From positions 3,658,001 through 3,722,000 of the forward strand of contig OZ024759.1 in the NCBI GenBank assembly GCA_964016885.1: a stretch of DNA of 64,000 nucleotides, written 5' to 3'. The notes under the pieces are model-generated. The model searched no databases. It was not told the origin of the DNA and saw only the letters and a program-made list of their open reading frames with translations. Positions within the stretch are counted from its first letter, which is position 1. Every line of letters starts with the position of its first letter. The DNA is from Eledone cirrhosa. Its lineage: Eukaryota. Made by a program: the position numbers and the translations under genes. Positions 25,409 through 39,939 of this stretch are shown here, piece after piece.

Positions 25409-26170
25409 ATGCCAAATAAATTGACAAAGAAGATTAAATGTGTAACACAATCTAAAGTGTTTAGTATTGCTGGTGAGATGACAAAGGTTAGAGAAGAGAA
25501 GCCATATCACTGTGATATCTGTGATAAATCATTCTCTCAAAGTGGTACCTTAACTACTCACAAACGTATACATACAGGAGACAAGCCATATCACTGTGAT
25601 ATCTGTGGTATATCATTCTCTGGGAAAAGTAGCCTAACTACTCACAAATGTATACATCATCATCATCATCATCATTTTACGTCCGCTTTTCCCTGCTTGC
25701 AGAAGAGAAATCATAATGCATTGACATCAGTGATAAATCCTTCTCTCAAATTTGTGAATTAATGAGAATACAAATACATATCATTGTAACATCTTAGGGA
25801 AATCCTTCTCTTTGAATGTTACATTAACTATACACACACATATACATACAGCTGGGAAGCCATATCACTTTGATATATTTGGTACATCATTCTCTAAATG
25901 TTGTGGCTTCACTAGACACCAACATCTACAGGAGAGGAACCATATCACTGTGATGTCTGTGATAAATCCTTCTCTAAATGTTGTGGTTTCACTAGACACC
26001 AACATATACATACAGGAGAGGAACCATATCACTGTGATGTCTGTGATAAATCCTTCTCTAAATGTTGTGGTTTAATTAGACACTAACATATACAGGAGAG
26101 GAACTATATCACTGTGATGTCTGTGGTACATCTTTCTCTTATAAAGATTACTTAATGCAACACAATTAGA
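25409..26170 (+). pseudogene. C2H2 zinc-finger array gene, disrupted
   Basis: [38 protein letters not shown]...; interrupted at about 25655-25702 by an antisense LINE tail; downstream fingers are frameshifted. Confidence 0.8.
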
Positions 26171-26269
26171 TAAAAAGCATGTCACTCACCTAAAATAGTG
26201 CCATCACAATGTTGTTAATATTTTGAATAAACCTGTTTTACTAAGAAATTCTCCTTTCATTTTATGTCT

Positions 26270-26978
26270 GTACAATCACAGTCTTCTCTCTTACACACCA
26301 CTTCAGCTCACTCTTAAACCCAGCTTCTTCTTGAACTTGTCCAAGCTCTCCCTTTCTCTCACACTTACACAACATATCCTACAAAGCATGGTTGTTTCAT
26401 ATCTCTCCAGTCTACATAACCTCTGCAGTCACAGCCCTTATTTCGTTACCATGCATCATTGCATATCACCCACATGTGTCATACAGTTGTCCTTTTGTAC
26501 AGAGAGAGAGAAACTTTTTGTGGTCAACTGTTGCAGTAGCTCTCTAAACTTTTTCCATCCTATCCTTATTCTAGCTATACAACTTTCAGAGCAGCCCCCT
26601 CCACTTCTAATTAACTCACCTAGATTGCAAAATATATTTGTCAGCATACTTTATGAAGGGTCTGTTTGGAAGTGCCTCGCCTAATAAACAATGGTGCCAT
26701 AACTGGACTCAGAAACCAATGGTCACACATACATGGTAAGTTAGCTAAGAACGTAGGTTTTACATTGGTTCACTGCGCTGGAGAAGTAAGCAGCAATCAC
26801 GTTTAGGAGACAAGCTCTATCAAATATTTAAAGGGTTCCATAGAAGCAGTTGACAGTTTCTGTTACCTGGGGTATCAAATAAGCAGTGGAGGTAGGTGTT
26901 CTGAAAGTACAGTAACAAGAGTAAGAACAAGATGGCAGAGGTTTAGGGTGTTACTACTGCTGCTAGCTACAAAAGGTT
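26270..26978. mobile_element. Old RTE LINE fragments in both orientations
   Basis: SGGGCSES..RIRIGWKKFRELL peptide remnants. Confidence 0.7.
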
Positions 26979-28232
26979 CATCATCATCATCATCATCACC
27001 GTTTTACGTCCGTTCTTCCACGCTAGCATGGGTTAGACGGGTTGTCCTGTTGTGGGCAGTGTCTGGTCGGCTGACCATGCCTTGCTCATACAGGAACTGA
27101 TCTGGCTTGATTTCTACAGCTGGATGCCCTTCCTAACACCAACCTCATTTACAGTGAGTGCTGGGTGCTTTTTCGTGGCGCCTACACGTCCACTTTACAG
27201 TGTGGGCTGGGTGCTTTTTTGCCGTGGCACCTCCACGACCACCTTGCGGTGGGGGGGGGGGGGCATATTGTTTATATGCTTCAGCATGTACCCATGGGAG
27301 GTCGGGTACCCTGTATTACTGCGTGACGCCAGAAGTCACGGTCGTGTGTCATTGACTTTGAGAGGTGTAGTTGGGTAAGGTCGGCTTTTATCACCTCATC
27401 CCAAGTCATCTTGGGTCTCCCCACTCCGCGGTTTCCATCAACTTCTAGTGCTCTGCACCTTTTTATGCAGCTGTCATCCTTCATACGCATCACATGTCCA
27501 TACCAGCGTAACCGCCTCTCCTGCACGCAGCATTTGATTCCTCTTATGCTCAGTCTCTCTCTCAATTCATTTATGCTTTGTCGTTCACGTATATTACTGT
27601 TACACATCCATCGGAGCATGCAGGCTTCGTTTCTCTCTAATCTACGTAAGTCTTCCACCTTCAGCGCCCAGGTCTCACTACCATGCAACATCGCTGTTCG
27701 GATACACGCATCATACAGTCTGCCTTTCATTCTGAGGGAGAAGCCTTTTGCAGCTAGCAGTGGTAGTAGTTCCCTAAACTTCTTCCATCCCGTTCTTACC
27801 CTAGTTATTGTACTTTCTGAGCACCCACCTCCGTTGCTAATTCGGTCACCTAGGTAGCAGAAGCTGTCTACTGTTTCTACAGGGCCCTCCCAGAGATTGG
27901 TGGTACTTGTTTCCTGTGGCTGTTTGCTTGCTGTTTCAGCACAGCTGCTGCATGTGAATCCTACATTCTTAATTAAGCTTCCTGAGATCCCGCTACATCT
28001 CTTGTGTACCCATTGTTTGCATTTGGGGCAAAGAATGGAGTTCCTACCTACACCTTTCCTACATACTGAGCAAGGCCATTTCCCTGAGGGGATCTGGGTT
28101 CTGTTTTCTCGTCTACTTATAAGGACCTTAGTCTTTGTCATGTTGACTTTGAGGCCCTTTCTCTCTAGTCCCTGCTTCCAGGTTTGGAATTTATTCTCTA
28201 GTTCTACCATAGATTCAGTTGTTTCGCCAAAT
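26979..28232 (-). mobile_element. 5'-truncated RTE LINE with an uninterrupted C-terminal reading frame (PHD-like finger), 3' UTR and (GAT)n tail
   Basis: ORF 27281-28255: CSVC..CPKC..HKRC..CSSC, LRWYGHVMR, GRPKMTW; (CAT)n at 26979. Confidence 0.9.
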
Positions 28233-28234
28233 TG

Positions 28235-29125
28235 ATGTGTGCATATAAACAGCAATGCTGCATTGCAGTGAGGACCCCAGAAGATTGGATAGAAATGAAG
28301 CTTGAATTCTCCGATGGATGTGTAATATTAATATACATGAAGGGGAAAGTGTTAATAACCTGAGAGAGAACCTGGGCATGAGAGGGAAAAGATACAGTAT
28401 GCAGGAGAGGAGATTGCTGTGGTATGGACATGTGATGTGTATGAAGGTAGAGATGCTGTATAAAAGGTTGACCACTTGAAATTGATGGAAGAGGAAGACC
28501 TAGGAATGCTTGGGATGTGGAGGTAAAAACTGACCTGACACCATTGTACCTCTCAAAGGTGATGACACAGGATTGAAATCTCTGGCGTTATACAGTACTG
28601 CAGGAGACCTGCATTCCCATGTGCACGGGTTGACACAACATTTAGTGGTTTGAAGTATGCTCCAATTTTCCTCCCCTTCACATCTTAACACTCCACCCCC
28701 TTACCAGCTAAGTACACCACCCTGACCTACCTCTCCAATCCCCACTCTACATACACACAACCCCACCCCCACTTTCACATCTGATACACCTCTCTTGACC
28801 AACCCATGTATACAAGTAAGGAAAGCTTAACATTATCTCCTCCAATGCTGCTGAAATGGCTAAAAGCCCTCAGGCAACCCTGTAAGGTGGTCATGCAAGT
28901 GTCATGACAAAAGAGCACCAAGTCCTCTCTGTTAGGTAACATGACAAAAGAACACCTAACCCTCCCTGCAAGGTAGTCATGCTGATGACATGACAAATAA
29001 GCACCCAGTCCACCCTGTGAGGTAGACATGACAGAAGGCCCCTAGCCCACTCTGTAAAGTAGTCATGCTAGTGGCAAGACTGAAGGGACCCGAAGCACCC
29101 TTCAAAGTGATCAAATTGGTGACAT
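28235..29125 (+). mobile_element. Degenerate RTE 3' fragment with a repetitive 3' UTR
   Basis: AMLH, ERRLLWYGHVM remnants; repeated cacc..ctgtaaggtagtcatg motifs. Confidence 0.65.
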
Positions 29126-30183
29126 GACTTGACACCATTTTTTAGTTTACTTCTAAAATATCTCATTTTTATTTTACTTCTAAAATATCTCATATATTTA
29201 AAAATTACTTATTTTAAAAAATTATTATTTATTTCTTAAAAAAATTACTTTTTAAAGATTATTTAAAATTTTTTTATATTTTTTAATATTTTTTAAATAT
29301 TTTTAAACATTTTAAATAGTTTAAGTACTTTTTAAGTATTTTATTTTGTTAAAAGGGTTTTTTGAGTATCTTCTGAGATTAAAAAAATTTTTTTTTTTAT
29401 TTTTCCAGAAATGTTTTCCAGAACTTTTAATATTTTAATATTTTAAATATTTTTTAATTATTTAATATTAGAGTTATAACCAATAACTAATTCTGGCTAT
29501 ATATATCTTTCAACATTTATATCTTCGTCAAAATGGTCTCTTACTAACTAATAAATAAACAAAGCTGGGTTTTTCAGTATCTTCCTAATTTAAAACATTA
29601 AAAACATATAAATAATCTTATTAACTCAGTTAATTTAATTACTTACACTAAATATAAACCAGTATCCCTCATAACTTATTAAAACAATTATCTATAACAT
29701 GATATAGCCATTTATCCACTCATATATCTATTCTTCTATCTATTGATTCTCCTATTTTCTACTTTATATCTATTTATTTTCAATTTATTATTCAATGTCT
29801 TTATATATATTTATTTTTTCTATATATCTATTTTTCTATATACTTATAATAGTAAATATTATATTGTATTATATTAGAATTCTAACAATAATTAGTAAAT
29901 ATACGTAACATTAATATAAACGTAATACTTATTTACGTTACATGAGTTCATCCTCTATAAATGTCTTTCTTCTCTCTATCTCTCTATCTATCTCATAACA
30001 GTAATTTTTTTCTCTCTCTTTCTTCTCTTTCTTCCCTATCTTTCCCCAGCGTAATTTAAATAAACGGTTGTTTTTTCAATTTTTCATACATTCATTTGCA
30101 TATTCACACATAACTTTGAATTACCCCTAATAAGTTTCCCCTATCCAGCGAATTTCCGACCGTTATTTATAAAACAAATTTTG

Positions 30184-30248
30184 TATTTTATCTGATGAAA
30201 GAGCACCAAGATTGACTTGGTCGCCCTTGAAATATATATAATAAAATA
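30184..30248 (+). ncRNA. Type I minimal hammerhead ribozyme motif
   Basis: Stem I tattttat/ataaaata, CUGAUGA, stem II aag..accaag-loop-cttggt..ctt, GAAA, palindromic stem III AUAUAUAU, AUA cleavage triplet. Confidence 0.8.
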
Positions 30249-31347
30249 AATATGCAAAAGTTCTATTTAAATTGTTGGGATACAACAAGCAAATATGTTT
30301 ATAACTGATATAAAGCACTCAACAAGTATTTGGAATAAACATACGATATTAACAATCCTTTTGTATTTTATGTACTCAATTATACGATGTACTATATTGA
30401 TTTATACTTCTCTCTATATGTGAGTATATATGTATATGTGTATATTGACATACATGTACATGTGTTCTATGCATTTTTATGAATATATGTCTGTCTGTAT
30501 GTATGCATGCGTGACGCGAATCTACCAATTTGCCGAGGATGCACACACATGTATATATATGTATATGTAAGAATTGTGTGTGTACATGTACATGTATACC
30601 CATACAATTTGATTGCAGATAGACATAACTAACAGCCATAAATGCATAACAGCTAATCTTATATATTTATATATATATATTAAAAAAAATTTGTTATAAA
30701 AAATATTTTATTTAATAACACAAAGGATGGATAACATTAAATTAAAAATTCATTTATGCTTTGTATGTATATATTATATACGTGGTTAGATATGGTGTGT
30801 ATTTTGTGAGTGTGTGTATATATATATATTTATGTGTATTTTTGCGTGTGTGTACGTGTTATATGATATGTAGTTCTCTAGCAATATATAGATTTCTTAA
30901 TGTTTAGATTCCAATTTTTAATATATTGATCTCAATTTTTAAACTAAATATCTAATCATAGTTAAACAATGATTAATTTCTCATATTATGTATGTATATT
31001 CCATTCATGATTATTAATATTTCTAATTTTATTTATTCATTTCATCTCAATTGTTAAGTTAACTTAATATGACATGACTTAATGTGTTCATTCTTTCCCC
31101 CTCTCTCTATCTCTATATTTTTGTCTCTGTCTGGTGTTTTGATATATCTCTCTCGTTTTTCTCTCCTTTTTCTTTCTTTCTTTCTCCCTTTTCTCTCTCT
31201 CCGTCTTTTTCCTTATCTGTAACACTACGACTTATTTTAAAAATACTAATATAAGTAAACAACTCCACTATCCCTGAGTCTTCCAAAAGTAACGGTTGCA
31301 TTTTGTAAGGGTATGTCAATATTTATTTATAAAACTGTTATATATTG

Positions 31348-31412
31348 TATTTTGTCTGATGAAAGCATACCATAATTTAACATGGTATCCTTGAAATATG
31401 TATAATGAAATA
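31348..31412 (+). ncRNA. Type I minimal hammerhead ribozyme motif
   Basis: Stem I tattttgt/atgaaata (2 GU pairs), CUGAUGA, stem II aag-c-ataccat..atggtat-c-ctt, GAAA, U-AUGU-A, AUA triplet. Confidence 0.78.
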
Positions 31413-31480
31413 GATATGGTTTTATAAATATAGTTTCCATTTGTTAATATCGTATAATAAAATAAATATAGTTTTATAAA

Positions 31481-31860
31481 TCATCATCACCGTTTTACGT
31501 CCGTTCTTCCATGCTAGCATGGGTTAGACGGGTTGTCCTGTTGTGGGCAGTGTCTGGTCGGCTGACCATGCCTTGCTCATACAGGAACTGATTTTGGCTT
31601 TTCTATAGCCGGATGCCCTTCCTAACACCAACCTCATTTACAGTGAGTGTTGCGTGCTTTTTTCCGTGGCACCTATGCGTCCACTTTACAGTGTGGGCTG
31701 GGTGCTTTTTTTGTGTGGCACCTCCACGACCACTTTGCAGTGGGAGGGTGTGGGGGCATATTGTCTATATGCTTCAGCTTGAACCCATGGGAGGTCGGGT
31801 ACTCTGTATTACTGCGTGATGCCAGAGGTCACGGTCGTGTGTCATCGCCTTTGAGAGGTG
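31481..31860 (-). mobile_element. RTE LINE 3' end
   Basis: Close match to 26990-27367. Confidence 0.85.
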
Positions 31861-32120
31861 TGTGTTTATATATATATATATATACAAATAAATTATCGAG
31901 AATCGGAATCTCGGCCCATGAAATAATGAAACACAATCAAAGTGCTCAATAGTTTGGATAAACCAGAGCTATAACTAACGTTTAAATACCAACACACTGA
32001 GATAATGCTTAAAATCATTCGCACAGCCGAAAAAAACGACCAAGAAAATTCGGGTCAGACAAATAATAAATATATATATATATATTTTTTCTTTTAACAT
32101 ATATGTGTATATAAAATATA

Positions 32121-32199
32121 TACAGGGTCTCCCCAAAAATGTATACACACTTCAACTACAGTCTATGTAAGTGTGTATACATTTTGGGGGGACACTGTA
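32121..32199. mobile_element. Miniature Tc1/mariner-type MITE
   Basis: TA-CAGGGTCTCCCCAAAAATGTATACACACTT ... AAGTGTGTATACATTTTGGGGGGACACTG-TA. Confidence 0.75.
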
Positions 32200-32649
32200 A
32201 TATACATATCATTAAACGTATCTCCTACATGTGTATAAATAAATATACATGTATTTAATTAACAATTTTCTGTAGAATCTGTTAAACATGGAAGAAAATG
32301 TGGAGACTAAATAAAATTAACGTGTTGGTCACATTAACTTAATAATATAACTATATATTAATGAAATATGTCGAAATAAAAGTTGTAATTGTGACAAAAA
32401 TATTGAGTTGGTAGTTTATTATGACCAAGACTACTCATTATCCCACTACATATTTTGTATACTATATATATACTGTATATATACAGTTTATATATATATA
32501 CACACACACATATAATTGCGTATTCACACATTATCTTAGTAATGAAATAATAATTTTAGTAAATTGTTCACCAGGCAATTCCTTCCTCAATCATTACATA
32601 GATGTGTGTATGCAATAAATATTTTGTATTGTGTGTCTATTTAGAAATA

Positions 32650-35600
32650 TGTATGTGTAGATGTGTGTGTGTGTGTAACACAGTAGATGTGTGTGTATGT
32701 AACACAATAGATGTGTGTGTATGTAACCCAGTAGATGTGTGTGTATGTAACTCAGCAGATGTGTGTGTGTAACACAGTAGATGTGTGTGTATGTAACTCA
32801 GCAGATGTGTGTGTATGTAACACAGTAGATGTGTGTGTGTGTGTAACACAGTATATGTATGTGTATGTAACACACTAGATGTGTGTGTATATATAACACA
32901 GTAGATGTGTATGTAACACAGTAGATGTGTATATATAACACAGTAGATGTGTGTATATGTAACACAGTAGATGTGTATATATAACACAGTAGATGTGTAT
33001 GTAACACAGATATGTATATATAACACAGTAGATGTGTGTGTATGTAACACAGATGTGTGTGTATGTAACAAGTAGATGTGTGTATATGTAACACAGTAGA
33101 TGTGTATGTAACACAGTAGATGTGTATATATACCATAGTAGATGTGTGTGTATGTAACACAGATGTGTGTATGTAACTCAGCAGATGTGTGTGTGTAACA
33201 CAGTAGATGTGTGTGTATGTAACTCAGCAGATGTGTGTGTATGTAACTCAGCAGATGTGTGTGTATGTAACACAGTAGATGTGTGTGTGTGTGTAACACA
33301 GTATGTGTATGTAACACACTAGATGTGTGTGTATATATAACACAGTAGATGTGTATGTAACACAGTAGATGTGTATATATAACACAGTAGATGTGTGTAT
33401 ATGTAACACAGTAGATGTGTATATATAACACAGTAGATGTGTATGTAACACAGTAGATGTGTATATATAACACAGTAGATGTGTGTGTATGTAACACAGA
33501 TGTGTGTGTATGTAACAAGTAGATGTGTGTATGTAACACAGTAGATGTGTATGTGTAACACAGTAGATGCGTATATATAACACAGTAGATGTGTGTGTAT
33601 GTAACACAGATGTGTGTGTATGTAACAAGTAGATGTGTGTATGTAACACAGCAGATGTGTGTGTGTAACACAGTAGATGTGTGTGTATGTAACACAGCAG
33701 ATTGTGTGTATGTAACAAGTAGATGTGCGTATGTAACACAGTAGATGTGTATGTAACACAGTAGATGTGTATATATAACATAGTAGATGTGTGTGTATGT
33801 AACACAGATGTGTGTATGTAACTCAGCAGATGTGTGTGTGTAACACAGTAGATGTGTGTGTATGTAACTCAGCAGATGTGTGTGTATGTAACACAGTAGA
33901 TGTGTGTGTGTGTGTAACACAGTATGTGTATGTAACACACTAGATGTGTGTGTATATATAACACAGTAGATGTGTATGTAACACAGTAGATGTGTATATA
34001 TAACATAGTAGATGTGTGTGTATGTAACACAGATGTGTGTATGTAACTCAGCAGATGTGTGTATGTAACACAGTAGATGTGTGTGTATGTAACTCAGCAG
34101 ATGTGTGTGTATGTAACACAGTAGATGTGTGTGTGTGTGTAACACAGTATGTGTATGTAACACACTAGATGTGTGTGTATATATAACACAGTAGATGTGT
34201 ATGTAACACAGTAGATGTGTATATATAACACATTAGATGTGTGTATATGTAACACAGTAGATGTGTATGTAACACAGATATGTATATATAACACAGTAGA
34301 TGTGTGTGTATGTAACACAGATGTGTGTGTATGTAACAAGTAGATGTGTGTATGTAACACAGTAGATGTGTATATATAACATAGTAGATGTGTGTGTATG
34401 TAACACAGATGTGTGTATGTAACTCAGCAGATGTGTGTGTGTAACACAGTAGATGTGTGTGTATGTAACTCAGCAGATGTGTGTGTATGTAACACAGTAG
34501 ATGTGTGTGTATGTAACACAGTAGATGTGTGTGTAACACAGTATATGTATGTAACACACTAGATGTATGTGTATATATAACACAGTAGATGTGTATGTAA
34601 CACAGTAGATGTGTATATATAACACAGTAGATGTGTGTATATGTAACACAGTAGATGTGTATATATAACACAGTAGATGTGTATGTAACACAGTAGATGT
34701 GTATATATAACACAGTAAATGTGTGTATGTAACACAGTAGATGTGTATGTAACACAGTAGATGTGTATATATACCATAGTAGATGTGTGTGTATGTAACA
34801 CAGATGTGTGTATGTAACTCAGCAGATGTGTGTGTGTAACACAGTAGATGTGTGTGTATGTAACTCAGCAGATGTGTGTGTATGTAACTCAGCAGATGTA
34901 TGTGTATGTAACACAGTAGATGTGTGTGTGTGTAACACAGTATGTGTATGTAACACACTAGATATGTGTGTATATATAACACAGTAGATGTGTATGTAAC
35001 ACAGTAGATGTGTATATATAACACAGTAGATGTGTGTATATGTAACACAGTAGATGTGTATATATATAACACAGTAGATGTGTATGTAACACAGTAGATG
35101 TGTATATATAACACAGTAGATCTGTGTGTATGTAACACAGATGTGTGTGTATGTAACAAGTAGATGTGTGTATGTAACACAGTAGATGTGTATGTGTAAC
35201 ACAGTAGATGTGTATATATAACACAGTAGATGTGTGTGTATGTAACACAGATGTGTGTGTATGTAACAAGTAGATGTGTGTATGTAACACAGCAGATGTG
35301 TGTGTGTAACACAGTAGATGTGTGTGTATGTAACACAGCAGATTGTGTGTATGTAACAAGTAGATGTGCGTATGTAACACAGTAGATGTGTATGTAACAC
35401 AGTAGATGTGTATATATAACATAGTAGATGTGTGTGTATGTAACACAGATGTGTGTATGTAACTCAGCAGATGTGTGTGTGTAACACAGTAGATGTGTGT
35501 GTATGTAACTCAGCAGATGTGTGTGTATGTAACACAGTAGATGTGTGTGTGTGTGTAACACAGTATGTGTATGTAACACACTAGATGTGTGTGTATATAT

Positions 35601-38600
35601 AACACAGTAGATGTGTGTGTATATATAACACAGTAGATGTGTGTGTGTGTGTAACACAGTATGTGTATGTAACACACTAGATGTGTGTGTATATATAACA
35701 CAGTAGATGTGTATATAACACAGTAGATGTGTATATATAACACAGTAGATGTGTGTATATGTAACACAGTAGATGTGTGTATGTAACACAGTAGATGTGT
35801 ATGTAACACAGTAGATGTGTATATATAACATAGTAGATGTGTGTGTATGTAACACAGATGTGTGTATGTAACTCAGCAGATGTGTGTATGTAACACAGTA
35901 GATGTGTGTGTATGTAACTCAGCAGATGTGTGTGTATGTAACACAGTAGATGTGTGTGTGTGTGTAACACAGTATGTGTATGTAACACACTAGATGTGTG
36001 TGTATATATAACACAGTAGATGTGTATGTAACACAGTAGATGTGTATATATAACACATTAGATGTGTGTATATGTAACACAGTAGATGTGTATGTAACAC
36101 AGATATGTATATATAACACAGTAGATGTGTGTGTATGTAACACAGATGTGTGTGTATGTAACAAGTAGATGTGTGTATGTAACACAGTAGATGTGTATAT
36201 ATAACATAGTAGATGTGTGTGTATGTAACACAGATGTGTGTATGTAACTCAGCAGATGTGTGTGTGTAACACAGTAGATGTGTGTGTATGTAACTCAGCA
36301 GATGTGTGTGTATGTAACACAGTAGATGTGTGTGTATGTAACACAGTAGATGTGTGTGTAACACAGTATATGTATGTAACACACTAGATGTATGTGTATA
36401 TATAACACAGTAGATGTGTATGTAACACAGTAGATGTGTATATATAACACAGTAGATGTGTGTATATGTAACACAGTAGATGTGTATATATAACACAGTA
36501 GATGTGTATGTAACACAGTAGATGTGTATATATAACACAGTAGATGTGTGTATGTAACACAGTAGATGTGTATGTAACACAGTAGATGTGTATATTTACC
36601 ATAGTAGATGTGTGTGTATGTAACACAGATGTGTGTATGTAACTCAGCAGATGTGTGTGTGTAACACAGTAGATGTGTGTGTATGTAACTCAGCAGATGT
36701 GTGTGTATGTAACTCAGCAGATGTATGTGTATGTAACACAGTAGATGTGTGTGTGTGTAACACAGTATGTGTATGTAACACACTAGATATGTGTGTATAT
36801 ATAACACAGTAGATGTGTATGTAACACAGTAGATGTGTGTATATAACACAGTAGATGTGTGTATATGTAACACAGTAGATGTGTATATATAACACAGTAG
36901 ATGTGTATGTAACACAGTAGATGTGTATATATAACACAGTAGATGTGTGTGTATGTAACACAGATGTGTGTGTATGTAACACAGTAGATGTGTATGTGTA
37001 ACACAGTAGATGTGTATATATAACACAGTAGATGTGTGTGTATGTAACACAGATGTGTGTGTATGTAACAAGTAGATGTGTGTATGTAACACAGCAGATG
37101 TGTGTGTGTAACACAGTAGATGTGTGTGTATGTAACTCAGCAGATGTGTGTGTATGTAACAAGTAGATGTGTGTATGTAACACTGTAGATGTGTATGTAA
37201 CACAGTAGATGTGTATATATAACATAGTAGATGTGTGTGTATGTAACACAGATATGTGTATGTAACTCAGCAGATGTGTGTGTGTAACACAGTAGATGTG
37301 TGTGTATGTAACTCAGCAGATGTGTGTGTATGTAACACAGTAGATGTGTGTGTGTGTGTGTGTAACACAGTATGTGTATGTAACACACTAGATGTGTGTG
37401 TATATATAACACAGTAGATGTGTGTGTATATATAACACAGTAGATGTGTGTGTGTATGTAACACAGTATGTGTATGTAACACACTAGATGTGTGTGTATA
37501 TATAACACAGTAGATGTGTATGTAACACAGTAGATGTGTATATATAACACAGTAGATGTGTGTATATGTAACACAGTAGATGTGTATATATAACACAGTA
37601 GATGTGTATGTAACACAGTAGATGTGTATATATAACACAGTAGATGTGTGTGTATGTAACACAGATGTGTGTGTATGTAACAAGTAGATGTGTGTATGTA
37701 ACACAGTAGATGTGTATGTAACACAGTAGATGTGTATATATACCATAGTAGATGTGTGTGTATGTAACACAGATGTGTGTATGTAACTCAGCAGATGTGT
37801 GTGTGTAACACAGTAGATGTGTGTGTATGTAACTCAGCAGATGTGTGTGTATGTAACTCAGCAGATGTGTGTGTATGTAACACAGTAGATGTGTGTGTGT
37901 GTGTAACACAGTATGTGTATGTAAAACACTAGATGTGTGTGTATATATAACACAGTAGATGTGTATGTAACACAGTAGATGTGTATATATAACACAGTAG
38001 ATGTGTGTATATGTAACACAGTAGATGTGTATATATAACACAGTAGATGTGTATGTAACACAGTAGATGTGTATATATAACACAGTAGATGTGTGTGTAT
38101 GTAACACAGATGTGTGTGTATGTAACAAGTAGATGTGTGTATGTAACACAGTAGATGTGTATGTGTAACACAGTAGATGTGTATATATAACACAGTAGAT
38201 GTGTGTGTATGTAACACATATGTGTGTGTATGTAACAAGTAGATGTGTGTATGTAACACAGCAGATGTGTGTGTGTAACACAGTAGATGTGTGTGTATGT
38301 AACTCAGCAGATGTGTGTGTATGTAACAAGTAGATGTGTGTATGTAACACAGTAGATGTGTATGTAACACAGTAGATGTGTATATATAACATAGTAGATG
38401 TGTGTGTATGTAACACAGATGTGTGTATGTAACTCAGCAGATGTGTGTGTGTAACACAGTAGATGTGTGTGTATGTAACTCAGCAGATGTGTGTGTATGT
38501 AACACAGTAGATGTGTGTGTGTGTGTAACACAGTATGTGTATGTAACACACTAGATGTGTGTGTATATATAACACAGTAGATGTGTGTGTATATATAACA

Positions 38601-39416
38601 CAGTAGATGTGTGTGTGTGTGTAACACAGTATGTGTATGTAACACACTAGATGTGTGTGTATATATAACACAGTAGATGTGTATGTAACACAGTAGATGT
38701 GTATATATAACACAGTAGATGTGTGTATATGTAACACAGTAGATGTGTGTATGTAACACAGTAGATGTGTGTATGTAACACAGTAGATGTGTATGTAACA
38801 CAGTAGATGTGTATATATAACATAGTAGATGTGTGTGTATGTAACACAGATGTGTGTATGTAACTCAGCAGATGTGTGTATGTAACACAGTAGATGTGTG
38901 TGTATGTAACTCAGCAGATGTGTGTGTATGTAACACAGTAGATGTGTGTGTGTGTGTAACACAGTATGTGTATGTAACACACTAGATGTGTGTGTATATA
39001 TAACACAGTAGATGTGTATGTAACACAGTAGATGTGTATATATAACACATTAGATGTGTGTATATGTAACACAGTAGATGTGTATATATAACACAGTAGA
39101 TGTGTGTATGTAACACAGTAGATGTGTATGTAACACAGTAGATGTGTATATATAACACAGTAGATGTGTGTATATATAACATAGTAGATGTGTGTGTATG
39201 TAACACAGTAGATGTGTGTATATATAACACAGTAGATGTGTGTGTATGTAACACAGTAGATGTGTGTATGTAACAGTATATGTATGTGTATGTAACACAC
39301 TAGATGTGTGTGTATATGTAACACAGTAGATCTGTGTGTATGTAACACAGTAGATCTGTGTGTATGTAATACAGTACATGTATGTATGTAACACAGTAGA
39401 TGTGTGTGTATGTAAC
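32650..39416. repeat. 6.8-kb composite satellite of 20-28 bp units (taacacagtagat plus a variable GT/AT tract) with higher-order structure
   Basis: Continuous array; variant units (actcagcag, acaagtag, acactag, accatag) recur in fixed order. Confidence 0.97.
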
Positions 39417-39939
39417 TAAAGTGTAACGTACGTTACGAATGGACAACTAAAAGATTTTAACTTGTTTTTTAACAATTCATGGTGGAAAAAAATTTTAATT
39501 GTCTCAATTCAGACCATAAAGGGCCGCAACACACGGTGTTTGACGCACTTACCGGCTACATAGCCTCGGAGTCTATTTTACTGAGACCAGCTACATATCT
39601 TCTTCCTAAAATCTTCCAACATAATTTTATACAAGAACCACATGTTAAGTTACTAATAAAATAATTAATAATTAAAAACTTCAGTAAATCCTTCAAATGA
39701 TATCTCAGTAATGAAATAATTAATAATTGTTATAAATACCTCAAAATTCCTCATTAATTAAACCCAAGACAGGTAAAAACTCCAGAGTCTTTCAATCGGA
39801 CATGAAACAAATTAATTTCTAATGAAAGAAGATTGTAAAGTCAGCCAAGGGAGATCACTCTCAGCGACTTATCGTAATTCTTGTTCCTGAATTAATCCGG
39901 ATGAAAATATTCCGGTGTATTTTGTGTGGAGGAAACCGG

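Noticed and set aside
32637-39394. Many long His/Thr/Tyr/Cys-rich ORFs (up to 508 aa)
   Set aside because: They are translations of the satellite in overlapping frames, with no unique sequence or splice structure
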